A stretch of DNA of 64,000 nt from a bacterium (lineage in GTDB: Bacteria; Gemmatimonadota; Gemmatimonadetes; Longimicrobiales; RSA9), in assembly GCA_003242735.2 (NCBI GenBank), contig QGVH02000005.1, positions 17,055 through 81,054 on the forward strand. The letters run 5' to 3'. The translations under genes and the position numbers were made by a program. Positions 37,036-47,547 of the stretch are shown piece by piece (within the stretch, counting starts at the first letter, position 1; each line of letters starts with the position of its first letter). Under the pieces are notes generated by a model that saw nothing but the letters and a program-made list of their open reading frames with translations, did not search any database and had not been told where the DNA came from.

Positions 37036-37347
37036 ATGGCTCGTACCAAGGGTAGCGTCAAGTGGTTCTCGCAGGAAAAGGGTTACGGTTTCCTCACCGC
37101 CGAGAACGGGCCCGACGTCTTCGTGCACCACAGCGCCATCGAGGGCACCGGCTTCAAGGTGCTCTACGAGGGCGAGGAAGTGGAGTTCGACGTCATCCAG
37201 GAGGCCAAGGGGCCGAAGGCGCAGAACGTCGTGCGGCTGAACCCGCCGGCGGAGCCGCCGCGCCGCGCGCCGCGTCGTGAGGGCGGCCCTGGCCGGCCCG
37301 GCGGCGGCCGCTACGGCATGGGCGGCCGCTACGAGTCGCGGTTCTGA
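37036..37347 (+). CDS. cspA: cold-shock domain protein with Arg/Gly-rich C-terminal tail
   Basis: RNP1 KGYGFL and RNP2 VFVHH. Start after AGGAG. About 35 aa of tail ([29 protein letters not shown]). Confidence 0.93.
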   Translation: MARTKGSVKWFSQEKGYGFLTAENGPDVFVHHSAIEGTGFKVLYEGEEVEFDVIQEAKGPKAQNVVRLNPPAEPPRRAPRREGGPGRPGGGRYGMGGRYESRF

Positions 37348-38909
37348 CCCCCGCCCGCCGATGAGCCGCCGGAGCGCCCGCGGATACCTTCCGCGGGCGC
37401 TCCGCGCTTCTTCCCCGGATCCGCCGCACGAGTCGCCCCAGACGCGAACGCGGTCCGCTCGGCGACCTCGCGCAGGAGCGCCAACGCATCCGGGTACGCG
37501 ATGTCCTTCGCCGCCGCTTCCCGCAACAGCCCGCCCGCGGCGGTGTCCACCACCACGTCGGCCAGGCCGTGGCGCCGCTGGAACGGCGACTGGACGAGGT
37601 GCACCGTCTGAATGCGCCGGTCCGGCACGATCCACGTGATGCGGTCGAGCAAGCCGGCGCGGGTGACGACGAACCCGGGCGCCAGCGCGTAGCCGAGGTT
37701 CCGGTAGTACCGCCCTGCGGCGAGCCAGGCCACCGGCAGCACGGGCAGGAACGGCAACCAGCGCGGCTCCACCACGAACGTGAGAGCCACCGCAGCGAGC
37801 CCGAACACGATCGTGTAGCGCACGAACGCGCGCCGGCGCGCCCGCGGATGCGCGGGCAGGAACACGAGCCCGTCGTAGTCCAGGCCGCCCAGCACGGCCT
37901 CCACCAGCCGCTGCACATCGGCCGCGCGCGCGATCGGCAGGAACGCCTCGGCGCCGCCGCGCCGCCGCTCCTGCGGCGCCCCGCCCGCCGTCTCCACCTT
38001 CAGCGCGGCGAGGCGGAACGGCCGGCGGATCCACGACTCTTCCACGCGCACGGCCTGCACGCGCTCGAGCGGAACCACCGCCTCGCGCCGGCTCAGCAGT
38101 CCGTACCGCTTGCGCAGCTCGGAGGACGTCTGCTCCAGCGTGAAGCCGTGGTACGTGATCAGTGCGCCGAGGATCGAGGAGAGCCAGCCGATCAGCAGGA
38201 CCGCGAGCACGATGCCTGCCACGGCCACCACGATGTCTCCGCCGGAGAGCTCCGCGATGCGCTCTGGATCCGGGAGGAAGTCGGGAACGTCGATCCGCAG
38301 GTCGTCCAGGACCTGGAGCGCACCGCCCAGCGCCGCGGCCACGATCCCCGCCTCGCTCGCCGTCGCGCCCGCGACGATCAGGTCCTGCGTGGACAGCCGC
38401 GCCAGCTCGCGAACCGGCTCCGTCTCCTCCGTCTGAACACCGACGCCGCCCCCCACCAGCGCAGCACGGCGCCCCGCCAGCAGCGCCTCGCGCAACGATT
38501 CCGCGTGCGCGCGGTCCAGCACCCGCAGCGCGGCCTCGGTCTCGCCCGACCCCGCCGTCTCGACACGCAGCTCCACGACTCCGCAGAGGCGCTGGAGCGG
38601 CGACTCGCGCACATCGATGTTCTGGATCCGCGCCAGCGGGATCACCCGCCGCTGACGGCTGAGGACGCCCGAGTCAATGATCAGCTCATCGCCCGTGAGC
38701 CGGTAACGGAACGAGAAGTAACGTGCAACCGCGAGAAGGATCGCCGGGACGGAGAGCAGCGCGAGGGTCCACGTGAGCACGCTCTCCACTTCGCCGCCGC
38801 CGGCCGAGACACCGCCGAACAGCGCCGGGACGACGAACGCCCGCGCCGTCGCGACCGCGTCGAACAGCACGGTGTACGGATGGAGCCGCTGCGGCTCAGA
38901 CAGCATCAT
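37329..38909 (-). CDS. YdbT-like membrane protein with repeated bacterial PH (bPH_2) domains
   Basis: [16 protein letters not shown]... Three repeats of a TM hairpin followed by a PH-like unit (e.g. [31 protein letters not shown]). The ATG overlaps the ydbS-like stop region. Confidence 0.8.
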   Translation of the reverse strand: MMLSEPQRLHPYTVLFDAVATARAFVVPALFGGVSAGGGEVESVLTWTLALLSVPAILLAVARYFSFRYRLTGDELIIDSGVLSRQRRVIPLARIQNIDVRESPLQRLCGVVELRVETAGSGETEAALRVLDRAHAESLREALLAGRRAALVGGGVGVQTEETEPVRELARLSTQDLIVAGATASEAGIVAAALGGALQVLDDLRIDVPDFLPDPERIAELSGGDIVVAVAGIVLAVLLIGWLSSILGALITYHGFTLEQTSSELRKRYGLLSRREAVVPLERVQAVRVEESWIRRPFRLAALKVETAGGAPQERRRGGAEAFLPIARAADVQRLVEAVLGGLDYDGLVFLPAHPRARRRAFVRYTIVFGLAAVALTFVVEPRWLPFLPVLPVAWLAAGRYYRNLGYALAPGFVVTRAGLLDRITWIVPDRRIQTVHLVQSPFQRRHGLADVVVDTAAGGLLREAAAKDIAYPDALALLREVAERTAFASGATRAADPGKKRGAPAEGIRGRSGGSSAGGGQNRDS

Positions 38910-39435
38910 CGCCGTCACCCAGCGCCGCCAGCCGGTCGCGCAGCGCTTCGGCGTCCACCGCATCGAGGCCGGGGATCCGCACGGCCGCACCACGGCTCCC
39001 CGCCGTGTGGACGACGACGGTCGCGAGCCCGAACGCACGCTCGAGCGGCCCGCGTCGCGTGTCCACGTACTGGATCCGTGCGTGCGGCACCACGCTCACG
39101 CTGCGCCACACGACGCCGTGCCGCACGAGCAGACCGGCGGGCCGGACCTGGAAGCCCCACGCGCGGTACCGAACGCTCGGCAGGAACACGGCCGCCGCCA
39201 CGCACGTCGCCGTGAGCCCCAGCAGGGCGGCGCCCACGGCTCCGCGCCCCGACACCAGTGACACGAGCGCCGCGAGCGCGAGCAGCCCGGCCGTGATCAG
39301 CCAGGCCGCACGCCACACCTTCATCACCCGCGGATCGAGCGGTCGCAGCGTGGAGGGATCCGGCAGTGCGTCCTCGCACGCCGCCGCACTCGCCTCGGAC
39401 GGGGCTCCAGGCACGACTTCATCGAACGGCTGCAC
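38896..39435 (-). CDS. YdbS-like membrane protein with a single bPH_2 domain
   Basis: A TM hairpin followed by VPHARIQYVDTRRGPLERAFGLATVVVHTAG. Confidence 0.8.
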   Translation of the reverse strand: MQPFDEVVPGAPSEASAAACEDALPDPSTLRPLDPRVMKVWRAAWLITAGLLALAALVSLVSGRGAVGAALLGLTATCVAAAVFLPSVRYRAWGFQVRPAGLLVRHGVVWRSVSVVPHARIQYVDTRRGPLERAFGLATVVVHTAGSRGAAVRIPGLDAVDAEALRDRLAALGDGDDAV

Positions 39436-39445
39436 GGTGTGTCCC

Positions 39446-41533
39446 TCAGAACCAGGGTCCGACGTTCACGTGCAGGCGCCAGCGTCCGCGCGTGTTCGCT
39501 CCCACGCCGCCCAGGACCGGGCCCAGCGGCGTCGCCCACAACAACTCCAGCGCAGCGCCCAGCACCCACGCACCCGAATCCCGGAACGCGTCCACGTCGC
39601 CCGCCGCCGCCCCCGCCCGCAGCCGCAGCCGCACCGCGCCCTCCAACACGAGGGGATGCGGAATGGGATGCGCGATGTCGGCACCGGCCACGACACGCGT
39701 CCGGCCGCGCTCCTCGCCCCACCGCATCCCGGGCACCAGCCACTCGTCGCCCAGCGCAGGCAGCACATCCGCAGGCGCATCGCTGCTGGCGGACGTGACG
39801 TCCACCAGCGCGGCCAGCGACCAGCGCCCGGACGCCGCACAGGCCGCTCCCCGCGCCCGGACCCGCTCGTACGAGACAGCCCCCGCACGCGCCTCCAGCT
39901 CGAGCATCGGCGAGGCGCCGACGAGACGGGTCAGCGGCTGCACACCTTCGATCCGCACCAGCGGCCCGTACGACACGCCATCCTCGCCGTCGCCGCGCCG
40001 GACACGCTCCGCCAACGCAACGGCCGCGAACGCGAGCGCCGGCCGTACGCGGAGCAGCTCCGCCCCCAACCACCCACCCGTCCGCTGCACATCCACCTCC
40101 CCGCCCCGCACCCGGACCTCGTTCGACGCGTGGTGCGCACCCACGCTCCACGCCAGCGGCGCCGTGCCCGGCGGATGCACGCGCAGCGACAGCGCGGCCC
40201 ACCGCTCCAGCGAGCCCAGCGAACCCGCCACCCCGAGCACCAGCGGCTCCGCCGAGGTCACGCGCGTGGACGCCCTCGCCCAGACCCGGCCGCCACGGTC
40301 GTTGTCGTAGCCCACCGCACCCACCACGTTCGTCCGCGCGACCGGCTCCACCCGAACCACCAGCTCACCCGCTCTCCCACCTCCACTCTCCATAAGTCCC
40401 TCGACACTCGGCCAGACGCCGTCCACCAGCCCCGTCTCGTACAGCCGGTCCACCGCGCCCAGCACCCGCGCCGTGTCGTAGCGCGCGGGCGCAGCATCCC
40501 GGAAGAGCCGCTGCGCCAACGCCCCGATGGCCGCATCCGCGGCCATGACACGCAACGCGACCAGCGTGTCCGGCTGCGGCAGCGGCGCCCGCGCCCGAGA
40601 ACCGCCGCTCGCGGGCAGACGACCAGCCGCATCACGCCGGACCGCCTCCAGCCCCGCACGGAACAGCGGCGTCGGATCACGCGGGAACAACGCCTCGCTG
40701 ATCTGCCGCGGGATGTCCGGCAGCACCAGCACATCCGCCGCGGTGTCCGGCAGCGTGTTGCGCATCGTCAGCCGCAGACCGCGCAACGCCACCGCCGGCG
40801 CAGAATGATCCTCGATCTCGGGCGCGGGCCGGATCACGTCCGAGGCGACGATGTACCGCGCGCCCTCGGCTCGTGCCACCGCGATCGGCAAGTAGTCGGC
40901 GATTCCGCCATCCACCAGCGGCGTGCCGGCGCGCACCACCCCCGCGAACACGCCCGGCACCGCCATGCTCGCCCGCACCGCCCGCGCCAGGTCGCCCTCC
41001 GCGATCGCCACCGCTTCACCCGTGCGCAGGTCCGCCGCAACGGACCGGAACCGCCGCGGCAGCCGGTCGAAGTCTCCGCCGCTCCGTGCCCCGGCGTCGA
41101 AGAGCAGGTGCACGAGCGCCCGATTGATCCGCCACTCCGCGATGAGACCCGCCGGCCTCTGCACCCCGATGCCGACCTCGAGCTGCGGATGGCGGAGCTC
41201 ACGCCGCGGACCCACCGGCCGCGGCATGTGCACGAAGAACTCCGGCCAGTCCTGCGCCAGTACGATCCGCCACACACCCTCCGGCGAGTGGCCCGCCGCG
41301 TACAACGAGCCGATGATCGCGCCCATGCTCGTCCCCACCACCAGTTCGGGCTCGTAGCCGAGCTCCTCGAGACCGGCCAGCACACCCGCATGAGCGAGCC
41401 CGCGCGAGCCGCCGCCCCCCAGCACCACCGCCTGCTGCCCACTCGCATCACCCGCGAGCAGCATCACCAGCAACCAACCCAGGGCGATGGCCTCTCCACA
41501 AAGATCTTGACAGACGACGCGGATCGCATTCAT
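39446..41533 (-). CDS. patatin-like phospholipase fused to an Omp85/surface-antigen beta-barrel (PlpD-like, type Vd secretion architecture)
   Basis: Patatin motifs GGGSRG, GTSMG and VDGGI. The C-terminal third or so is beta-rich and ends in ...[10 protein letters not shown], an aromatic terminal residue typical of OM barrels. Starts at MNAIRVV. Confidence 0.82.
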   Translation of the reverse strand: MNAIRVVCQDLCGEAIALGWLLVMLLAGDASGQQAVVLGGGGSRGLAHAGVLAGLEELGYEPELVVGTSMGAIIGSLYAAGHSPEGVWRIVLAQDWPEFFVHMPRPVGPRRELRHPQLEVGIGVQRPAGLIAEWRINRALVHLLFDAGARSGGDFDRLPRRFRSVAADLRTGEAVAIAEGDLARAVRASMAVPGVFAGVVRAGTPLVDGGIADYLPIAVARAEGARYIVASDVIRPAPEIEDHSAPAVALRGLRLTMRNTLPDTAADVLVLPDIPRQISEALFPRDPTPLFRAGLEAVRRDAAGRLPASGGSRARAPLPQPDTLVALRVMAADAAIGALAQRLFRDAAPARYDTARVLGAVDRLYETGLVDGVWPSVEGLMESGGGRAGELVVRVEPVARTNVVGAVGYDNDRGGRVWARASTRVTSAEPLVLGVAGSLGSLERWAALSLRVHPPGTAPLAWSVGAHHASNEVRVRGGEVDVQRTGGWLGAELLRVRPALAFAAVALAERVRRGDGEDGVSYGPLVRIEGVQPLTRLVGASPMLELEARAGAVSYERVRARGAACAASGRWSLAALVDVTSASSDAPADVLPALGDEWLVPGMRWGEERGRTRVVAGADIAHPIPHPLVLEGAVRLRLRAGAAAGDVDAFRDSGAWVLGAALELLWATPLGPVLGGVGANTRGRWRLHVNVGPWF

Positions 41534-41583
41534 CGTCCTTGGTGCCGTCGAAGTACGCTTCAACATTTCACAGGAGGGCGACG

Positions 41584-41802
41584 ATGCCCGCAACGAGAAG
41601 TGCTGTGAAGAAGACGGCGAAGAAGGCAGCACCGAAGACGGCGGCGAAGAAGACCGCGAAGAAGGCGGCCAAGAAGGCGACGGCGAAGAAGGCCGCACAG
41701 AAGACCGCCAAGACCGCCAAGAAGGCTGCCAAGAAGTCCGCCACCAAGGCCGCCAGGAAGTCCACCACGAAGTCCGCAAGGGAGTCCAGCCGTACGAAGT
41801 AG
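41584..41802 (+). CDS. histone H1-like Lys/Ala-rich nucleoid protein (72 aa)
   Basis: [31 protein letters not shown]... after AGGAGGG. Confidence 0.8.
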   Translation: MPATRSAVKKTAKKAAPKTAAKKTAKKAAKKATAKKAAQKTAKTAKKAAKKSATKAARKSTTKSARESSRTK

Positions 41803-41821
41803 TTTCCCGTAGCGCCCGTTG

Positions 41822-41853
41822 CGCAGCGGCGGCGCACGTGTGCCGCCGCTGCG
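41822..41853 (+). terminator. 12-bp perfect hairpin after the H1-like gene
   Basis: CGCAGCGGCGGC-(8 nt)-GCCGCCGCTGCG. No U tract. Confidence 0.45.
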
Positions 41854-41992
41854 TGCATCTGCGGACCGCGCTGCGCGAGGAGCGAGCCACCCTTGCCCGG
41901 CGCCGGCGCGGCTCTTTTCATGCAGCGGCCTGGTATGGTAAGATGCCCATACGGCTGCGGGCCGGGCAACGACGACTCGACGGGAGGCGATC

Positions 41993-42271
41993 ATGGCAGA
42001 GATCCGCTGCGTCAGGTGCGGGCAGACCAACCCGCAACTCGAGCGGCCGCCTCTGCGAACGGAGCTGGGCGAGCGGATCCACCGCGAGATCTGTCAGCGC
42101 TGCTGGGACCAGTGGCTCCGCTACCAGACGGCGCTGATCAACCACTACGGGCTGGACGTGCGGGAGCGCCCGGCGCGCGAATTCCTCACCGCCAACATGG
42201 AGGCGTTCCTCTTCCGTTCGGGCCAGCCCGAACAGATCGACACGTCGCAGCAGGGGAACGTGCGCTGGTAG
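41993..42271 (+). CDS. yggX: Fe(2+)-trafficking protein YggX
   Basis: MAEIRCVRCGQT...CQRCWDQWLRYQTALINHYGL is typical of YggX. Confidence 0.88.
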   Translation: MAEIRCVRCGQTNPQLERPPLRTELGERIHREICQRCWDQWLRYQTALINHYGLDVRERPAREFLTANMEAFLFRSGQPEQIDTSQQGNVRW

Positions 42272-42294
42272 CCCGGCCGCCACCGCGCCATCGT

Positions 42295-43536
42295 TCATTC
42301 GTAGCGCAGCGACTCCACCGGATCCACCGCCGCGGCCCTCCTCGCCGGGAACACGCCCGCGCACAGGCCGATGGCCGTGAGCGCGGCCACGGTCGTGAGC
42401 GCCACCGGCCAGGAGAGCTCCGGGTTCGCGAGGAACTCCATCGCCCCGTTCGACGTGGGGAGGCTGTCCACGGCGAACACGACCAGCGCGGCCACGGCGA
42501 GGCCGGCCAGCCCGCCCGAGAGGGAGAGCAGGAGCGCCTCGAACACGAACTGGGCAACGATGTGCACCCGCCGCGCGCCCAGCGCCCGCTTGACCCCGAT
42601 CTCCCTCGTGCGCTCCCGCACCGCCACGTACATGACGTTGGCGATGCCGACGCCCGCCACCACCAGCGTGAAGCCGCCCACCACGCCGAAGAAGATCTGG
42701 ATGCCCAGCATGATGCGGCGCGCCAGCTTCTCCTCCTCGATCACGTCCCAGAAGCTCAGCGCGCGCTCGTCTGCAGGGTCGAACCGGTGACGCCGGCCCA
42801 GCGTCCGGTAGATCTCCGCCTTCACCACCCCCGGATCGTACGCGCTGCTCGGCCGGACCAGCAGATGGTTCACGTAGCGCGGGCCGTAGATCGCCCGGAA
42901 CGTGGACGCCGGGATGACCGCGCGCTCCGCATCCGGGCCGTTGTTCATGGTCGTCTGGAGCTTGCGTTGCATGACGCCGACGACGGTGAACGGCAGGTCG
43001 TCGATCAGCACCGTCTGCCCCACGGGCGAGACATCGCCGAACAAGCGCTTCGCGATCGAATCGCCCAGGAACACTACGCGCCTGCGCTCCTCGACGTCGC
43101 GGACGTTCAGGAACCGCCCGCCCGCCACGGGGAACATCCGCCGCATCAGCTCGAAGGACGGGTGCACCCCCTCCATGTACGTCGTCGTCACCACATCGCC
43201 GAAGCGCAGTCTCGTGCCGCTCCGGCCATACGACGGGCTCACCAGCTCCACCCCGGGGATGCCGCGCAGCAGCTCGCCATCCGCTTCGGTGAGGGCGATG
43301 CGGCGGCCGCGCGGCAGCCCTTCGTACGGCAGAGTGGTCTCGCCGGCGTAGATGATGAACATGCGGTCGTAGGCGTTGACCAGTCCGTCGACGACCGCGT
43401 TCCTCAGCCCCGCGCCGAAGGAGAGCAGCAGCACGATCGCGATGGTGCCCCACGCGATGCCGAACATCGTGAGGAAGGCACGCACCTTTTGCGTCTTCAG
43501 GTCGCCGTAGAATTCTTCGAACAGGATCCTCCACAT
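42295..43536 (-). CDS. ABC transporter permease (MacB/FtsX type)
   Basis: N-terminal TM helix, large periplasmic domain, and a C-terminal FtsX 3-TM bundle (RTREIGVKRALGA). The start MWRILFEEF at 43536 is preferred because the ATG at 43569 overlaps the upstream gene. Confidence 0.85.
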   Translation of the reverse strand: MWRILFEEFYGDLKTQKVRAFLTMFGIAWGTIAIVLLLSFGAGLRNAVVDGLVNAYDRMFIIYAGETTLPYEGLPRGRRIALTEADGELLRGIPGVELVSPSYGRSGTRLRFGDVVTTTYMEGVHPSFELMRRMFPVAGGRFLNVRDVEERRRVVFLGDSIAKRLFGDVSPVGQTVLIDDLPFTVVGVMQRKLQTTMNNGPDAERAVIPASTFRAIYGPRYVNHLLVRPSSAYDPGVVKAEIYRTLGRRHRFDPADERALSFWDVIEEEKLARRIMLGIQIFFGVVGGFTLVVAGVGIANVMYVAVRERTREIGVKRALGARRVHIVAQFVFEALLLSLSGGLAGLAVAALVVFAVDSLPTSNGAMEFLANPELSWPVALTTVAALTAIGLCAGVFPARRAAAVDPVESLRYE

Positions 43537-43547
43537 CGCCGCGCCCC

Positions 43548-44786
43548 TCAGACGCCGTACCGTAGGCACTCCACGGGGTCCAGCGCCGCGGCCTTGCGGG
43601 CGGGCAGCAGGCCGGCCACGAGCGCGACCAGCGCCAACAACGCCAGCGCCGTCGCCAAGACGGTGGTCGAGATCTGCGGCGTGCCGACCACCTCCTGGAT
43701 CGGCAACAGGCGCACCACGCGGATCAGCGCCGCCGAGAGCAGGAGCCCCAGCGCCGCACCCACGGCCACGATCAGGAAGGCCTCCGTGATGAACTGGAAG
43801 AGGATGTCACGGCGCCGCGCACCCAACGAACGCTTCACGCCGATCTCCCGAGTCCGCTCCCTCACCACGATGTACATGATGTTCGCGACGCCGATGCCAC
43901 CCACCGTCAGCGTGAAGCTACCCACGATGCCGAGGAAGACGTTGAACCCGAGGAACAGGTAGCGGAACAGCCGCATCAGCTCGTTGGTGTCCCAGAAACT
44001 CAGCGCATCCCGGTCCGCCGGGTCGAAACGGTAGCGCCGCCCGAGGAGCTCGTAGATCTCCTGCTCGATCGCCGGCCCCTCCGCCGGGTCGGCCGGCCGA
44101 TAGACCAGGTTGGAGAGGTAGGGCGTGCCGAACAGTGCGCGGAACGTGCTGGCCGGGATGAACACCCGGTCGGTGTCGCGGGAGTTGTAGGACGAGGTCT
44201 GGGTCTTGGGCTGCATGACGCCGACGACCGTGAACGGCACCGCGCCGATGAAGACCTGTTCGCCGACGGCCTCCGCATCGCCGAACAGGAGCCGTTTCAC
44301 ACCGTCGCCGAGCACCACCACCCGCCGCCGCCGCTGCTCGTCCAGGTCGTTCAGGAACCGCCCGCCCGGCTCCGGGATGATGTTGCGGAGCTCGCCGTAG
44401 ACCGGCAGCACGCCCGTGATGTACGGGTTCACGATCGCCGTGCCCCGGCGCACCGGCCGGCCGTGGCTGCCGTACTCCGGGCTGAGCGCCTCGATCCCCG
44501 CCACCTGGCGCGCGATCAGCGCCGCGTCCTCCTCCCGCATCCGGATCACCCGCCCCTCGCCGTACCCGGCGTACGGCCGCGTCGTCCGTCCGCCGAACAC
44601 CAGCACGATGCCATCGCCCATCCCGCGGGCGTTGCGCCGCATCTGCTCGGCCAACCCCGTTCCGAACGCCAGCAGCACCACCACCGCCACCGTGCCCCAC
44701 GTGATGCCCAGCACGGTCAGCGTGGTGCGCAGCTTCTGCGCGCGGACGTCGTCCAGGAACTGGTGGAGCAGGATCAACGTGCGCAC
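43548..44786 (-). CDS. ABC transporter permease (MacB/FtsX type), paralog of 42295..43536
   Basis: Same architecture (RTREIGVKRSLGA). Confidence 0.88.
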   Translation of the reverse strand: MRTLILLHQFLDDVRAQKLRTTLTVLGITWGTVAVVVLLAFGTGLAEQMRRNARGMGDGIVLVFGGRTTRPYAGYGEGRVIRMREEDAALIARQVAGIEALSPEYGSHGRPVRRGTAIVNPYITGVLPVYGELRNIIPEPGGRFLNDLDEQRRRRVVVLGDGVKRLLFGDAEAVGEQVFIGAVPFTVVGVMQPKTQTSSYNSRDTDRVFIPASTFRALFGTPYLSNLVYRPADPAEGPAIEQEIYELLGRRYRFDPADRDALSFWDTNELMRLFRYLFLGFNVFLGIVGSFTLTVGGIGVANIMYIVVRERTREIGVKRSLGARRRDILFQFITEAFLIVAVGAALGLLLSAALIRVVRLLPIQEVVGTPQISTTVLATALALLALVALVAGLLPARKAAALDPVECLRYGV

Positions 44787-44812
44787 GGGAGGCCGACCTC
44801 CGCCCTCGTCTC

Positions 44813-45904
44813 TCAGATCTGCCGCGCCGGCTTCTCCCGGACCCGCTCCCCTTCACGCAGGCCGGAAACCACTTCGATGTTGATCGCGTCGCTCAGTCCC
44901 GTCTCAATGACCCGCCGCTCGGTCTGGCCCCCGCCGAGCTCCACGGTCACCCACGCGGTGTCGCCCGAAAAGGTGACGACCCGTTCGGGAATCATCAGCA
45001 CGTCCTCCCGCTTCTCGATGACGATGTACGCGTTCGCCGAGTAGCCGGCGCGCAACACCACGCCGTCCGTCGGCTCCAGCGTGATCTCCACGGGGAACAC
45101 CGTCGAGTTGTCCTGCTTCCTCGCCTTGAGTGAGATCCTGGAGAGCACGCCCTCGATCCGGGCGCCGGGCAACGCGCCGATGCGGATCTCGGCACGCATG
45201 CCCTCACGCAGCCGCCCCACATCGATCTCGTCCACCGTCCCCCGGAAGATCAGCCGGCTCATGTCGGCCATGGTCATGAGGACCGTGCCCTCCTGGTACG
45301 TGCTGAGAGGAACGACCGGGTCGCCCGGCTGCGCCATCTGCTCGAGGATGTATCCGTCGATCGGCGCCTTGACCACGGACTCGATGCGGGTGTCCGCGAT
45401 GGTGACCGCGCCTTTCTCGAGTAGGGCCAACCGCTCGCGCGCGATCTGCTCCTGGAGCACGGCTTCGGCGTGCCGCCGCTGGACCTCCTCGTACACGGCG
45501 GCCGAGACCATGCCCTGCTCGCTCAACGCCCGCTGCCGCGCGAGCTCCCGCTCCAACATCTCCAGCTCGATGCCGCGCAGCTCGAGCTGGCGCCGCGCCT
45601 CGACCAGCTCCAGCGGCGTCGGGTCGGGCTGGATCTCCAGCAGCGGCGCGCCGGCCCGCACGAACTCTCCCATCTCTGCGAAGCGCCGCCGCACGACGCC
45701 GGAAACCTTGGACTTCACGCTGATCTCGATCTCCGGCTCGATCGTTCCCACCGCCAGCGCGCGGTCCACGATCTCGCCCCGCGTGACCACCACGACCGGC
45801 GCCGCGTCCTCGCCCCCCTGGTCGTCGGCCCGGAGGAAGGATGCGGCACCGGCGACAATGGCGATGCAAATTCCGCCCAGGACGACCTTCGTGCGTGTTC
45901 TCAT
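44813..45904 (-). CDS. HlyD/MacA-type periplasmic adaptor (membrane fusion protein)
   Basis: TM anchor, a coiled-coil hairpin (ELEMLERELARQRAL...), and barrel-sandwich and beta-barrel segments. Confidence 0.88.
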   Translation of the reverse strand: MRTRTKVVLGGICIAIVAGAASFLRADDQGGEDAAPVVVVTRGEIVDRALAVGTIEPEIEISVKSKVSGVVRRRFAEMGEFVRAGAPLLEIQPDPTPLELVEARRQLELRGIELEMLERELARQRALSEQGMVSAAVYEEVQRRHAEAVLQEQIARERLALLEKGAVTIADTRIESVVKAPIDGYILEQMAQPGDPVVPLSTYQEGTVLMTMADMSRLIFRGTVDEIDVGRLREGMRAEIRIGALPGARIEGVLSRISLKARKQDNSTVFPVEITLEPTDGVVLRAGYSANAYIVIEKREDVLMIPERVVTFSGDTAWVTVELGGGQTERRVIETGLSDAINIEVVSGLREGERVREKPARQI

Positions 45905-46048
45905 CGCGAGACTCCGTTCGGCAGGTGCCGCGGACCGGCCCGCGGCGCGCCCACCCGCGCGCCCCTGGAGACGACGCGGGCATGGCCTCTACGGGGGCCG
46001 TGGACCCGTGGTTTCACCATGCACGCATCTTGCACCGGCCCGGCTCGC

Positions 46049-47419
46049 ATGAGCATCGGTCCTCGTTGCATCGCCCTCGCCGCCGCGCTCTGCGTCGCGG
46101 CGTGCGGCCAGGAGGAGGAGCGCGTCCCGGCGCCGGCCGCGGCCACGTTCCGCGAGGCGGTGGACCGCGTGCTGCCGTCTGTCGTCTACATCCAGGTCGA
46201 GAGTGCGCGGCCGCCGTACGAGGGGCCGCTGCCGCCGCTGCCGGGCCTGCCGCTGCCGGACATGCCGCCGGGCGGCATCCAGCTCGGCGCCGGCTCCGGC
46301 ATCATCCTGGATCGGGAGGGTTACATCCTGACCTCGGACCACGTGGTCGAGGGCGCGACCGCGGTCACGGTCACGCTGCACGACCGCCGCGAGTTCGAGG
46401 CGCACGTCGTCGCGAGGGACCCGAGCACGGACGTGGCGGTGCTGAAGATCCAGCCGGGCGACTACCCCGTCGCCCGGCTGGGCGACTCGGACCAGCTCCA
46501 GCTCGGGGACTGGGTGCTCGCGGTGGGCAGCCCGCTCGGCCTCCAGTTCAGCGTCTCCGCCGGGGTGGTCAGCGCGAAGGGACGCTCCATCGGCATCCTC
46601 GGCACGCGCAGGGACGGCGCCGCCCAGGCCGCGCCACTCGAGCACTTCATCCAGACCGATGCGGCGATGAACCCAGGCAACTCGGGCGGGCCGCTGGTGG
46701 ACCTGGAAGGCCGCGTCGTCGGGATCAACACGGCCATCGCCTCACCCACGGGCCTGTACTTCGGCTACGGCTTCGCGGTCCCCATCAACCTCGCCCGCCG
46801 GGTCGCAGACCAGCTCATCCGCCAGGGCTACGTCAGCCGCGCCTACCTCGGCGTCATGCTCGACGAAGTGGAGAGCGCCGACGCCCAGGTGTACGGCCTC
46901 ACCTCCACCGAAGGCGCCGAGGTCGTCCACGTGGAGCCGAACGGTCCGGCGGACCGCGCCGGCGTCGAGCTCGGCGACATCATCATCGGGATCGGCGACC
47001 GCGAGGTCACGACCGTGAGCGACCTCCAGGCCGCGCTGGCCGAGCTGACGCCAGGGGCCATCGCCCGGCTCCACATCATCCGCTACGGCACGCGAACGGC
47101 CGTGGATGTCGAGCTGGGCGCCATCCGATCCGGCGAACGGCCGGCGCCGCAGCCCACCCCGCCTGGTCCGCACGGCATCGGCTTCTCCGTCGCCCAACAG
47201 GGCGACCGCCCCGTCGTCGCAGCCGTCCGGCCCCACTCGCCCGCCGCCCGCGCCGGCATCCGGCCCGGCCAGGTCATCCTCGAGGTGAACCGGCGCGAGG
47301 TCACCACCGTCGAGGAGTTCGCCAGCGCCGTCCGCCAGGCCCACAACGGCGTCCTGTCCGTGATCGTTGCGGAACCCGAGCTGGGACGGCGCATCATCAA
47401 CTTCGAGACCCGGCCATGA
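46049..47419 (+). CDS. htrA: HtrA/DegP-family serine protease with two PDZ domains
   Basis: Lipoprotein-like signal ALCVAAC. Catalytic triad contexts TSDHVV, DVAVLKI and GNSGGPL. ATG 46019 is an alternative start. Confidence 0.92.
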   Translation: MSIGPRCIALAAALCVAACGQEEERVPAPAAATFREAVDRVLPSVVYIQVESARPPYEGPLPPLPGLPLPDMPPGGIQLGAGSGIILDREGYILTSDHVVEGATAVTVTLHDRREFEAHVVARDPSTDVAVLKIQPGDYPVARLGDSDQLQLGDWVLAVGSPLGLQFSVSAGVVSAKGRSIGILGTRRDGAAQAAPLEHFIQTDAAMNPGNSGGPLVDLEGRVVGINTAIASPTGLYFGYGFAVPINLARRVADQLIRQGYVSRAYLGVMLDEVESADAQVYGLTSTEGAEVVHVEPNGPADRAGVELGDIIIGIGDREVTTVSDLQAALAELTPGAIARLHIIRYGTRTAVDVELGAIRSGERPAPQPTPPGPHGIGFSVAQQGDRPVVAAVRPHSPAARAGIRPGQVILEVNRREVTTVEEFASAVRQAHNGVLSVIVAEPELGRRIINFETRP

Positions 47420-47547
47420 ACGGGAGCCGGCCGGGCGCCGTGCGCCGCCCGATTGCCGGACGCCGCGCCCCCTTCTAGCTTCCCGACAGACGGCGCGGCG
47501 CCCCACGATCGCTGCGCCCGGTGCAGTACCGGCCAGAGAAACGAGGC

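Noticed and set aside
41590-41790. Periodic AAGAAGGC-type nucleotide repeats.
   Set aside because: They are explained by the Lys/Ala-rich histone H1-like coding sequence. They are not a CRISPR or satellite array, since there are no unique spacers.
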